Assembly (NCBI GenBank): GCA_019419555.1
Contig: DXZR01000003.1
Coordinates: 3,851-67,850 of the forward strand
Direction of reading: 5' to 3'
Origin: Collinsella sp.
GTDB lineage: Bacteria > Actinomycetota > Coriobacteriia > Coriobacteriales > Coriobacteriaceae
Length of the DNA stretch: 64,000 nucleotides
Part shown: positions 27,278 through 36,727 of the stretch, in pieces
Position numbering within the stretch: position 1 is the stretch's first letter
How the letters are laid out: each line of letters begins with the position of its first letter
Notes under the pieces: model-generated
Database searches by the model: none
The model's input: the letters and a program-made list of their open reading frames with translations, nothing else
Told to the model about the DNA's origin: nothing
Program-made: the position numbers and the translations under genes

Positions 27278-28086
27278 GTGAGCGCCTGACCGACAACCCC
27301 TCGCTCTTTAGGCTTCGTGTTCGCTATGGCAAGCGCGATCGCCTTAAGTACCTGGGCCATCTCGAAGTGATCCATACCATTGAGCGCATCGTGCGCCGTG
27401 CGGGACTTCCCTATGCCGTCACGCAGGGCTTCTCTCCGCACATGCGCGTGGGCTTCTCTTCGGCGCTACCGGTTGGTACGTCGTCGACCTGCGAGTGGTA
27501 TGACCTGTTTATGACCGAGTTCGTGGCGCTCGACGAGGCGTTTGAGCGCCTGGCTGCGGCGTCTCCGGCCGATCTGGCGCCCATCGAGGCGGCGTACATC
27601 GACGTGCGCACGCCGGCATTGACGGCGCAGCTCACGCGCCTGTCGTATCGCATCGACTTACACCTGGATCCCGAGGCGCCCGTAAGCGCCGACGAGGTGC
27701 GTCGTGCGATCGACACGCTGCGCGCGGATCATGGCATCGACTACGCGCGCGGCAAAAAGAGCAAGCGCTTGGATTTGGATCACACGCTCGTTGGCTATGA
27801 GCTCACGGCGGGGGAGCGCCCGGACCATTTGGTTCTCATGCTCGACACCCATGCCGACAACGAGGGCTCTATGCGTCCGGAAATTTTGCTTTCTGCTGCT
27901 GATGTTTTGTTGCAGGGCTTGACCCCGGGCGTGGATGCACCTATTGTTTCCACCGGTATGCAAGACCTCGTGACCATCTGCTCCTACGATGTCGAGCGTC
28001 AGAATCAAGCATGCGAGGACGACGAGGGCCGACTCGTCAGCCCCATACCTGTGCGAACTTGTGGATTTGCTCCACATACTCGTTGA
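27274..28086 (+). CDS. radical SAM-linked protein (DUF2344 / TIGR03936-like)
   Basis: RVRYGKRDRLKYLGHLEVIHTIERIVRRAGLPYAVTQGFSPHMRV; ATGA overlap with the radical SAM gene. Confidence 0.85.
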   Translation: MSERLTDNPSLFRLRVRYGKRDRLKYLGHLEVIHTIERIVRRAGLPYAVTQGFSPHMRVGFSSALPVGTSSTCEWYDLFMTEFVALDEAFERLAAASPADLAPIEAAYIDVRTPALTAQLTRLSYRIDLHLDPEAPVSADEVRRAIDTLRADHGIDYARGKKSKRLDLDHTLVGYELTAGERPDHLVLMLDTHADNEGSMRPEILLSAADVLLQGLTPGVDAPIVSTGMQDLVTICSYDVERQNQACEDDEGRLVSPIPVRTCGFAPHTR

Positions 28087-28153
28087 CGGGGGTATTTTCG
28101 CCTGCTACTATATTCGGCTGTTGCACTAACTGATGCATGAAGGGCAAGTAAAC

Positions 28154-28528
28154 ATGTACGCAATCGTTAACACGGGCGGCAAGCAGTACAAGGTCGCCAC
28201 CGACGATGTCATCACCGTCGAGAAGATCGAGGGCAATGAGGGCGACAAGGTCACCCTGCCGGTTATCTTCCTCAACGATGGTAAGAAGATCGTCACCGAT
28301 CCCGACAAGCTGGCCAAGGCCAAGGTTACCGCTCAGATCGTTGAGCAGTTCAAGGGCGAGAAGCAGCTGGTCTTCAAGTTCCACAAGCGTAAGCGCTATC
28401 GTCGTCTGAAGGGTCACCGTCAGCAGCTCACCAAGCTGAAGATCGTGAAGGTCCAGGCTACGTCCCGCGCCAAGAAGGCTGTCAAGGCAGAGGCCGAGGC
28501 TGTTGCCGAGGCTCCCGTCGCCGAGTAG
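28154..28528 (+). CDS. rplU: 50S ribosomal protein L21
   Basis: MYAIVNTGGKQYKV..; start moved to ATG 28154; Ala/Glu/Lys-rich C-terminal tail. Confidence 0.95.
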   Translation: MYAIVNTGGKQYKVATDDVITVEKIEGNEGDKVTLPVIFLNDGKKIVTDPDKLAKAKVTAQIVEQFKGEKQLVFKFHKRKRYRRLKGHRQQLTKLKIVKVQATSRAKKAVKAEAEAVAEAPVAE

Positions 28529-28561
28529 ATTACACTCGTAACGAAAGAGTAGGTATACACA

Positions 28562-28819
28562 ATGGCACACAAAAAAGGACTCGGTTCCTCCCGTAATGGC
28601 CGTGACTCCCGCGGTCAGCGCCTTGGCACGAAGCGCTATGCCGGCCAGACGGTAACCACGGGCACGATTCTCGTCCGTCAGCACGGCACGCACATCCACC
28701 CGGGTGAGAACGTTGGCCGTGGTAAGGACGACACGCTGTTCGCGCTGGTCGACGGTACCGTTGAGTTCCACAAGGGTATCAAGCACAGGGTCAGCGTACG
28801 CCCGCTCGCGAACGCGTAA
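28562..28819 (+). CDS. rpmA: 50S ribosomal protein L27
   Basis: [32 protein letters not shown]. Confidence 0.97.
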   Translation: MAHKKGLGSSRNGRDSRGQRLGTKRYAGQTVTTGTILVRQHGTHIHPGENVGRGKDDTLFALVDGTVEFHKGIKHRVSVRPLANA

Positions 28820-28844
28820 TTCACCCTTCATAGAGCACATATGT

Positions 28845-28888
28845 GGGAGGCACTTGAGTTTTAGGATTCAAGGGTCTCCCTCTTTTTT
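28845..28888 (+). terminator. intrinsic terminator after rpmA
   Basis: GGGAGGCACTTGA-loop-TCAAGGGTCTCCC followed by TCTTTTTT. Confidence 0.7.
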
Positions 28889-28892
28889 GTAG

Positions 28893-30371
<1,479 letters not shown>

Positions 30372-30374
30372 GCC

Positions 30375-31052
30375 ATGTCGCTGCGCGGTGGAATCGGTCT
30401 GCCCGAGCTTCCTCTAGAGGACGGGCAGGAGTTTAGGCTCGGCATTATGGGTGGCACCTTTGATCCCATCCATTACGGGCACCTGGTGACCGCTGAGCAG
30501 GCGCGTGAGTCCCTCGACTTGGATGCCGTGCTCTTTATGCCGGCGGGCACGCCTGCCTTTAAGCTTGACAAGCCGGTGACGCCTGCCGAGGATCGTTATG
30601 CCATGACGGTCCTCGCCACCGCCGCGAACCCGGCCTTTTTGGCGAGCCGGTTCGAGATCGACCGCCCGGGCGTAACCTATACGGCTGATACGCTTCATGC
30701 CCTTCGCGACTTTTACCCGCCGCAGGTAAAGCTCTACTTTATTACGGGCGCCGATGCGATTATCGATATCGTGACCTGGCATGATGCCGAACGAATCGCT
30801 GAGCTTGCTACCTTTATTGCGGCGACACGACCGGGCTTTGATATCGATACAGCGCGTGCCCGAATCAAAGAGTCGGGGCTGCCGTTCGACGTGCGCTATA
30901 TTCAGATTCCGGCGCTGGCGATCAGCTCGACGAACATTCGTAAGCGAGTTGCCCGCGGCATGAGCGTGCGCTATCTTACGAGCGAGTCCGTGCTCGGCTA
31001 CATTCGCAAACGCAGGCTATATGCCGATTTGGGCCAAGAAGATTTTGAGTGA
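30375..31052 (+). CDS. nadD: nicotinate-nucleotide adenylyltransferase
   Basis: GIMGGTFDPIHYGHL and ISST NIR (SxTxxR) motifs. Confidence 0.93.
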   Translation: MSLRGGIGLPELPLEDGQEFRLGIMGGTFDPIHYGHLVTAEQARESLDLDAVLFMPAGTPAFKLDKPVTPAEDRYAMTVLATAANPAFLASRFEIDRPGVTYTADTLHALRDFYPPQVKLYFITGADAIIDIVTWHDAERIAELATFIAATRPGFDIDTARARIKESGLPFDVRYIQIPALAISSTNIRKRVARGMSVRYLTSESVLGYIRKRRLYADLGQEDFE

Positions 31053-31064
31053 TGGGGGTCTACG

Positions 31065-31673
31065 TTGTCGGTAGAGGATCAGTTTGAGGGCGATGAGCGC
31101 GCACTGCTCAAGCGCATTCAAGAGCTGCTCGATGTTCGCATGAAGGATAAGCGCAAGCGCTATGTGCATTCGCTGGGTGTTGCCGAGACCGCACTTCATC
31201 TGGCCGAGGTCTACGGCGTTGACCGCTTTGATGCCGCTGCCGCCGGCTTGATCCACGACTGGGACAAGGTGCTTTCCGATGACGAGCTCGTGGCCCGCGC
31301 GCTTCACTATGGCATCAAGGTTGCCGGCTCTCCTTCGGCCGCGACACCGCTGCTGCATGGCCCAGTTGCCGCCTATGAGCTTCCGCAGCTTATTCCCGGG
31401 CTGTCGCCGGCGGTCTTTCAGGCTGTCGACCGTCACACCGTGGGAGCTTGCGACATGACGCCGCTCGATATGGTGGTCTTTGTGGCCGATGCCATCGAGC
31501 CCAACCGCCACGGCGACTATGCGCATGCGCTGCGCAAGATGGTGGGGGAGTCGACGCTCGATGAGTTGTTCTTCTCCTGTTTTGCGCAGGGTTTGGTCTA
31601 TGTGATCCAGTCCGGGCGTTATCTTTATCCCACGGCTATTACGATTTACAACCATTACGCCCAGCTACGCTAG
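31065..31673 (+). CDS. yqeK: HD-domain bis(5'-nucleosyl)-tetraphosphatase YqeK
   Basis: RYVHSLGVAETALHLA, GLIHDWDK, DRHTVG; conserved nadD-yqeK-rsfS order. Confidence 0.88.
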   Translation: MSVEDQFEGDERALLKRIQELLDVRMKDKRKRYVHSLGVAETALHLAEVYGVDRFDAAAAGLIHDWDKVLSDDELVARALHYGIKVAGSPSAATPLLHGPVAAYELPQLIPGLSPAVFQAVDRHTVGACDMTPLDMVVFVADAIEPNRHGDYAHALRKMVGESTLDELFFSCFAQGLVYVIQSGRYLYPTAITIYNHYAQLR

Positions 31674-31701
31674 CTCGGGTGCGTCTAGAAAGAGGTATTC
31701 C

Positions 31702-32157
31702 ATGGCCGACGAGACCATGACTGACGAGCAGATTCTCAAGGATGTGGAGCACAAGAGCTTCGCCGCCACGTCCGACCGCACCGCCGCCTCGCTGTCCGCG
31801 AGCGGTGTCGCCGCCGAGGATGTCGCCCGCGCCGCCGCGCAGGCCGCCTACGACAAGAAGGGCGAGGACGTTCAGGTGCTCGACCTGACTGAGCTTTCCG
31901 ATGTGTGCGACTACTTTGTCCTTGCTACCGGCACCAACAACCGCCAGGTTGATTCGATCGTCGACGAGATTGAGGAGAAGGTCGCCGAGGCTTGCGGCGA
32001 GCATCCGTTCTCCATCGAGGGCCGCGAGCAGAAGACTTGGATGCTCATGGACTACGGTTCGGTTGTCGTCCACGTCTTCACTCCCGAAGCCCGCGACTTC
32101 TACCGCCTCGAGAAACTCTGGGGAGACGCCCCCCAGCTCCCCCTCAATCTCCTCTAG
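31702..32157 (+). CDS. rsfS: ribosome silencing factor RsfS with about 40-aa N-terminal extension
   Basis: KGEDVQVLDL..CDYFVLATGTNNRQV..WMLMDYGSVVVHVFTPEARDFYRLEKLWGDAP. Confidence 0.93.
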   Translation: MADETMTDEQILKDVEHKSFAATSDRTAASLSASGVAAEDVARAAAQAAYDKKGEDVQVLDLTELSDVCDYFVLATGTNNRQVDSIVDEIEEKVAEACGEHPFSIEGREQKTWMLMDYGSVVVHVFTPEARDFYRLEKLWGDAPQLPLNLL

Positions 32158-32187
32158 TAGCTCATTTGAGACGGGGTTTAGCTACCC
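32157..32187 (+). repeat. REP-like unit C1 (degenerate)
   Basis: GTAGCTCATTTGAGACGGGGTTTAGCTACCC, begins on the last base of the rsfS stop codon. Confidence 0.75.
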
Positions 32188-32201
32188 TCACGCATATCGC
32201 C

Positions 32202-32241
32202 GGGCAGTTGCGGTTTTCCGCAGCTGCCCGCCTTTCTTTTT
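32202..32241 (+). terminator. intrinsic terminator of the obg-nadD-yqeK-rsfS unit
   Basis: GGGCAGTTGCGG-tttt-CCGCAGCTGCCC followed by GCCTTTCTTTTT. Confidence 0.8.
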
Positions 32242-32248
32242 GCCCAAA

Positions 32249-32281
32249 GTAGCTAATTTGGGACGGGGCTTTTTTAGCTAC
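32249..32281 (+). repeat. REP-like unit C2
   Basis: GTAGCTAATTTGGGACGGGGCTTTTTTAGCTAC, self-complementary ends GTAGCTAA/TTAGCTAC. Confidence 0.9.
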
Positions 32282-32382
32282 TACCTACCGTTCGCCGATA
32301 GAAGCGAGTTGCGGTTCATTGCGTGATATTTAGCTTTCCGACTCGGGTAACGTATTTGTTATCTGTAGAGGAGGAGATGCGT

Positions 32383-33132
32383 ATGACTCGGACCGCGCGG
32401 GAAATCTCTGTTTACGGCTATTACCATGTCGTCCAAAAGGGCTGTGGTGGTCAGCTGATATTTGAGGATGCCGATGATCGGATATATTTGATTCGGTTGC
32501 TTGCCTCGAAATGCCGAAAATACGACGTCAATATCATTGCTTGGTGCCTTATGGACAACCATATTCACTTGTTGCTAGATGATGAACATGTTCACCTGAG
32601 CGATTGCATGCACTCTGTTACGACTGCATATGCGATGTATTTCAACGCGAAAACCGGACGGAAGGGACCAGTTTTTCAGGATCGATTTAAGAGCGTGCCG
32701 ATTCTTAACGATGATCAGCTGCTCAACTGTGTGAGATATATTCACGATAATCCTGCGAAAGCCAGGATTGGGACTGCTTCACTATATCGTTGGAGCAGTT
32801 TTAGCGAATATATGGGATACCCGGGTATTTGTATGACTGAATGTGTGCTAGGTTTGCTCGGAGATTCTCAGAGATTTTTTGCTTTCAGTACCTCGGGAGA
32901 ACCGAATCGATATTGCTTCCGTGACGGCGCTCATGTGAGCGACATAGATGCACTGGAGTTTGCACAGGCTCTCCTTAAACCGTATGAGCCTCACCACCTT
33001 AAAGATTTGCCTAAAGCCGTGCGCGACAACTACATCCGTACGCTCAAAAACGAGGGCTTTTCGATAAAGCAGATCGTGCGCCTCACGGGCATCGGTCACT
33101 GCACGATTCAGAAGGTCAAGCTCAATCAGTAG
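32383..33132 (+). CDS. REP-associated tyrosine transposase (RAYT), IS200/IS605-type Y1 HUH enzyme with C-terminal HTH-like tail
   Basis: YHVVQKG, HUH motif MDNHIHLLL (nt 32560-32568), FQDRFKS, catalytic-Tyr motif VRYIHDNPAKA. Start chosen at ATG 32383 (GAGGAGG 8 nt upstream; track ORF opens at 32323). Visibly AT-richer than its neighbours. Confidence 0.85.
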   Translation: MTRTAREISVYGYYHVVQKGCGGQLIFEDADDRIYLIRLLASKCRKYDVNIIAWCLMDNHIHLLLDDEHVHLSDCMHSVTTAYAMYFNAKTGRKGPVFQDRFKSVPILNDDQLLNCVRYIHDNPAKARIGTASLYRWSSFSEYMGYPGICMTECVLGLLGDSQRFFAFSTSGEPNRYCFRDGAHVSDIDALEFAQALLKPYEPHHLKDLPKAVRDNYIRTLKNEGFSIKQIVRLTGIGHCTIQKVKLNQ

Positions 33133-33147
33133 CTATTTGGGACAGAG
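33129..33147 (+). repeat. REP-like half unit overlapping the RAYT stop codon
   Basis: GTAGCTATTTGGGACAGAG matches the 5' half of the unit; the TAG of GTAG is the RAYT stop. Confidence 0.6.
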
Positions 33148-33176
33148 TTTTGTTGCGGCGGGCAAACCGGACATCC

Positions 33177-33301
33177 GGGGTAGTCAATTTGGGACGGGGC
33201 TATTTTAGCTACCCTTTGGCTGACGGTGAATGAATTAGGCCGAATGAATCTCAACCGATATATAGGGGTAGCTAAAATAGCCCCGTCCCAAATTGACTAC
33301 C
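33177..33301. repeat. composite REP-like palindromic element, copy B
   Basis: GGGGTAGTCAATTTGGGACGGGGCTATTTTAGCTACCC ... GGGGTAGCTAAAATAGCCCCGTCCCAAATTGACTACC between the RAYT gene and the 3' end of dinB. Confidence 0.9.
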
Positions 33302-33347
33302 AATGCCGTGTCGGACGGAAGGCAGCAACCCCCCCGTCCAAAAAAGA

Positions 33348-34601
33348 CTAGTTATTGAAGCGGGATTGGCGGCCGAAGGAAAGGGCGGTGTCGCCGAATT
33401 TGTCTCGGACGGCGTCGATGGCGACGGAGAGGTCGCGGCGGTCGCTGGATTGGGCTCCGCGGTCATCGATCTCGCAGAACAGGTCAGTCTGGATGCCGCC
33501 TTGGTGGTCGAAGTCGCTCATGCCGATGCCCGCTAAGCGAACATGCATGCCATCCTGCCAGATGTTGTCGAGCAGTTCGAGTGCAACCGCCACGAAGATG
33601 TTCTCATCGTCGGTCGGATGAGGCAGCCGGCGCTGTGCCGTACGCCCGCTGCCATACGAATACTTAAGCTTGAGCGTTACCGTGGCACCCGTCAGCCCCT
33701 GACGGCGCAGGCGGCGTCCCACTGACTCTCCCAACAGCGCAATCGCCGCCTCAATATCCCCACGCTCAGTCAAATCTTTCGCAAAGGTGCGTTCATTGCT
33801 GACCGATTTGACCTCGCGCTCTTCATCGAGACTCGTGACTTCGGAGATTTCGAGTCCTTGCGCACGCTGGCGCATGCGTTCGCCGTTGACGCCAAAAATA
33901 GAGGCCAAGGTGGATTCCGGTGCACGTGATAGCTCGCCGAGGGTGTAGATGCGCATGCGGCGCAGTCGCTCCTCGGCCGAGCGCCCGATGCCACTCATGG
34001 CAGATACCGGCAGCGCGGCCAAAAAGCGCTGCTCGGTTCCGGGGCGCACGATGGTCAGCCCAAACGGCTTATCCCGCTCGCTTGCGATTTTTGCGACCGT
34101 CTTGTTGCAGCCCACGCCAATGGAGCAGGTCACTCCCAGCCCTGCCACGCGGTCGCTTATACGCCGCGCAACCAGCAGCGGGTCTTCGGGCGCAAAGCGA
34201 CCCGGTGTGATATCGATAAAGGCTTCGTCGATGGATACGCGCTCGACGCGCGGGGTCTCGTCGGCGAGAATCGCCATGACCTGCGCGCTCACCTCGCGGT
34301 AGCGATCAAAGTGCCCGTGCGTCCAAATGGCTTTCGGGCACAAGCGCCGCGCTTCGGCCGAGGCCATGGCAGAGTGCACGCCAAAGCGACGTGCCTCATA
34401 CGAACACGTGGACACGACGCCACGCGAATCGGCGTCTCCGCCCACGATGAGCGGCTTGCCGCGCCATTCGGGATGATCGAGCATCTCCACGCTCGCAAAA
34501 AACGCATCGAGGTCCATCAGGCCCACCGCCGGACCCGTCCAGGGAGGCGGCGTGACGCCCGTGGCATCCTCATAACCGTATGTATGTTCGCGTCTTTCCA
34601 T
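33348..34601 (-). CDS. dinB: DNA polymerase IV (Y-family translesion polymerase)
   Basis: LMDLDAFFASVEMLDHPEWRGKPLIVGG, VERVSIDEAF, SIGVGCNKTVAKIAS, GIGRS. Confidence 0.93.
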   Translation of the reverse strand: MERREHTYGYEDATGVTPPPWTGPAVGLMDLDAFFASVEMLDHPEWRGKPLIVGGDADSRGVVSTCSYEARRFGVHSAMASAEARRLCPKAIWTHGHFDRYREVSAQVMAILADETPRVERVSIDEAFIDITPGRFAPEDPLLVARRISDRVAGLGVTCSIGVGCNKTVAKIASERDKPFGLTIVRPGTEQRFLAALPVSAMSGIGRSAEERLRRMRIYTLGELSRAPESTLASIFGVNGERMRQRAQGLEISEVTSLDEEREVKSVSNERTFAKDLTERGDIEAAIALLGESVGRRLRRQGLTGATVTLKLKYSYGSGRTAQRRLPHPTDDENIFVAVALELLDNIWQDGMHVRLAGIGMSDFDHQGGIQTDLFCEIDDRGAQSSDRRDLSVAIDAVRDKFGDTALSFGRQSRFNN

Positions 34602-34717
34602 GTCATGAGTATACCGCGCAGCTCATGTGGGGTGCGTGTATGTGCTTGCAAATCCCGAATTCTTGTCTAAGATATGGATTTGCCCTCGACTACACCGAAG
34701 AAGTTGGTCTCACGGAC

Positions 34718-34746
34718 TTCACCTGCCCGCGTCGATGGCGTATTAT
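34718..34746 (+). promoter_or_regulatory. candidate promoter of the rpsP operon
   Basis: TTCACC - 17 nt - TATTAT about 55 nt upstream of the rpsP start. Confidence 0.45.
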
Positions 34747-34802
34747 GTTCAACTGTTTGTTTGTAGTTGCAGCCTAAAGCTGCTTGGTTGGAGGAGTTTC
34801 CT

Positions 34803-35144
34803 TTGGCAGTCAAGATTCGCCTTGCTCGTCACGGCGCTAAGAAGCGTCCGTACTACCGTGTCGTCGTCGCCGATTCCCGCGCCCCGCGTGACGGTCGTAT
34901 CATCGAGGAGGTTGGCCGCTACAACCCGATGACCGCCCCCAAGACCATCAACCTCGACCTCGAGAAGATCGCCGACTGGCAGTCCAAGGGCGCTCAGCTT
35001 ACCGACGCCGTCGCCGCTCTGGTCAAGGCCGCCAACGAGGGCGAGAAGACCGAGACCGTCGTCAAGAAGTCCAAGAAGCAGCTCGCCAAAGAGGCCGAGG
35101 CCGCTAAGGCTGCCGCTGAGGCCGCTGAGGGCGCCGAGGAGTAA
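34803..35144 (+). CDS. rpsP: 30S ribosomal protein S16
   Basis: (M)[31 protein letters not shown]. Start moved to TTG 34803 (GGAGGA 7 nt upstream). Lys/Ala/Glu-rich C-terminal tail. Confidence 0.93.
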   Translation: MAVKIRLARHGAKKRPYYRVVVADSRAPRDGRIIEEVGRYNPMTAPKTINLDLEKIADWQSKGAQLTDAVAALVKAANEGEKTETVVKKSKKQLAKEAEAAKAAAEAAEGAEE

Positions 35145-35186
35145 ATCGTGCCTGAGGTTGACGCTGCACAGCTCGAGGGTGAGGCA

Positions 35187-35432
35187 ATGCTCTCAGATCG
35201 CATCGCCGATCTCGTCGAATATCTCGTTGTTCAGATCGTCGACGACCCGGATTCCGTGAGCCTTGAGGTCATCGATGGTGACGACGCCTCTACAATTGAG
35301 GTTTCGGTCGCCGAGGATGACGTCGCTAAGGTCATCGGCCGTCGTGGCCGTACCATCAAGGCCATTCGCACGCTCGCCCGTGCACTGGCCGCTCGCCTCG
35401 ACACTGCTGTCGAGGTAGAGGTTCTGGGCTAG
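35187..35432 (+). CDS. KH-domain RNA-binding protein (YlqC/UPF0109 family)
   Basis: LVEYLVVQIVDDPDSVSLEV..VAKVIGRRGRTIKAIRTL (GxxG KH motif). Start taken at ATG 35187 (GAGGGTGAGG RBS); ORF open from GTG 35148. Confidence 0.85.
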   Translation: MLSDRIADLVEYLVVQIVDDPDSVSLEVIDGDDASTIEVSVAEDDVAKVIGRRGRTIKAIRTLARALAARLDTAVEVEVLG

Positions 35433-35436
35433 GACC

Positions 35437-35958
35437 TTGAGGTCCCAGTACAAAAACATCGCCCGTGTGGTCAAGCCGCACGGAAGGAAGGGGGAGGTCC
35501 TCGCGCAGCCGCTGCGGGGGCTTCCTTCTGTATTAGAGCCGGGTATGCGCGTCGCCCTGACGCCGCCGGCGCTCAAGCGCGACCGCTTTTGCACGGTCGT
35601 GTCCGTCACCGATACGGGCGATGGCGATCTGGTCTCGTTTGAGGGCATTGACGACTTGACGGCCGCCGAGGGTATCACGGGATGCTACGTGCTGGCAAAT
35701 CGTGACGATTTTGAGCTCGATTCGCTCGACGCTGCCTATACCGACCTGATGGGTCGCGAGGTGGTCGACGAGCGCTTCGGTTCGCTCGGCACGATTGTCG
35801 AGATCATGTCGACGCCCGCTAACGATGTTTGGGTTGTCGAGGGTGATCGGTACGGCGAGGTACTGATTCCCGTGATCGAGCAGGTCGTGCTCGATCTTCC
35901 CGACACAGGAACAATTTCCGTCCACGCTATGGACGGCCTGATCGATATGGACAATTAG
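35437..35958 (+). CDS. rimM: 16S rRNA processing protein RimM
   Basis: IARVVKPHGRKGEV N-terminus, PRC-barrel C-terminal domain (GEVLIPVIEQVV); TTG start. Confidence 0.88.
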   Translation: MRSQYKNIARVVKPHGRKGEVLAQPLRGLPSVLEPGMRVALTPPALKRDRFCTVVSVTDTGDGDLVSFEGIDDLTAAEGITGCYVLANRDDFELDSLDAAYTDLMGREVVDERFGSLGTIVEIMSTPANDVWVVEGDRYGEVLIPVIEQVVLDLPDTGTISVHAMDGLIDMDN

Positions 35959-35968
35959 GGAGGACAAC

Positions 35969-36727
35969 ATGCTGATCGAGACCCTTTCGGTCTTTCCCGA
36001 GATGTTTGAGCCCGTCATGTCCACGTCGATTTTGGGCCGCGCCCGCAAGGCCGGCCTTTTTGATTTTAAGGCGTATAACCTGCGCGACTGGACGCACGAC
36101 CGCCATCGTACCGTCGATGACGAGCCGTACGGCGGCGGGCAGGGCATGCTCATGAAGGTTGAGCCTATCGCAGAGGCCATCGAGGCCATTAGCGCAGAGG
36201 GTCCCAAGCCCACTGTGGTGTTCTTTACCCCCTGTGGCGAGCCTTTTACGCAGCATGTGGCCGAGCGCCTGCTCAAAAGTGAGCGCCTGCTGTTTGTGTG
36301 CAGTCGCTACGAGGGCGTCGACGAGCGCGCGTATGCGTATGCCGATGAGCGTCTGTCGATCGGCGACTACGTGCTCACGGGCGGCGAGCTTCCCGCTATG
36401 GTCGTTGCCGATGCCGTCGTACGCCTGATTCCCGGCGCCCTTGGTGACGAAATGAGCAACGTCGACGAGTCATTCTCGACCGCCGAGGACGGAGGACTGC
36501 TCGAGTACGCGCAGTACACCCGCCCCGCCGAGTTCAACGGCGAGGGCGTGCCGCCGGTGCTTGTGAGCGGCGATCACGCCAAGGTCGATGCCTGGCGTCG
36601 CAAGAACGCCATCGAGCGCACCTGCTGCTGGCGTCCCGATCTGATCGAGACAGCGCGGCTCACACCCGAGGAGCGCGCTTACGCGCAGGAGATTCTTGAC
36701 GCTTCGTATTCGCAGAGCGAGGAGTGA
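35969..36727 (+). CDS. trmD: tRNA (guanine37-N1)-methyltransferase
   Basis: LSVFPEMFEP, HRTVDDEPYGGGQGMLMK, SIGDYVLTGGELPAMV. Confidence 0.96.
   Translation: MLIETLSVFPEMFEPVMSTSILGRARKAGLFDFKAYNLRDWTHDRHRTVDDEPYGGGQGMLMKVEPIAEAIEAISAEGPKPTVVFFTPCGEPFTQHVAERLLKSERLLFVCSRYEGVDERAYAYADERLSIGDYVLTGGELPAMVVADAVVRLIPGALGDEMSNVDESFSTAEDGGLLEYAQYTRPAEFNGEGVPPVLVSGDHAKVDAWRRKNAIERTCCWRPDLIETARLTPEERAYAQEILDASYSQSEE

Larger units (their letters stand above)
32249..33301 (+). mobile_element. RAYT-type transposase gene with flanking REP-like units (REP/RAYT-like locus)
   Basis: Low-GC gene with HUH and Tyr motifs, flanked upstream by unit C2 (and C1) and downstream by a half unit and an inverted unit pair. 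Confidence 0.7.

Noticed and set aside
28562-28819. Missing L27 N-terminal propeptide and missing prp/ysxB gene between rplU and rpmA
   Set aside because: L27 starts directly with MAHKKG as in actinobacteria and proteobacteria. The propeptide and protease system is specific to Firmicutes and relatives, so its absence is expected.
32157-33301. Could the repeated 31-37 nt units be a small CRISPR array?
   Set aside because: The units are individually palindromic, occur in both orientations, have irregular spacing (30 to 850 nt) and flank a transposase gene. No cas genes are present, and one spacer is conserved between copies. This fits REP/BIME-type repeats, not CRISPR.
34570-34760. Searched for a LexA/SOS box (GAAC-N4-GTTC or TCGAAC-N4-GTTCGA) upstream of dinB
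   Set aside because: Only a half-site CGAACAT is present, and it lies inside the first codons of dinB. There is no full palindrome, so SOS control cannot be claimed from the sequence.
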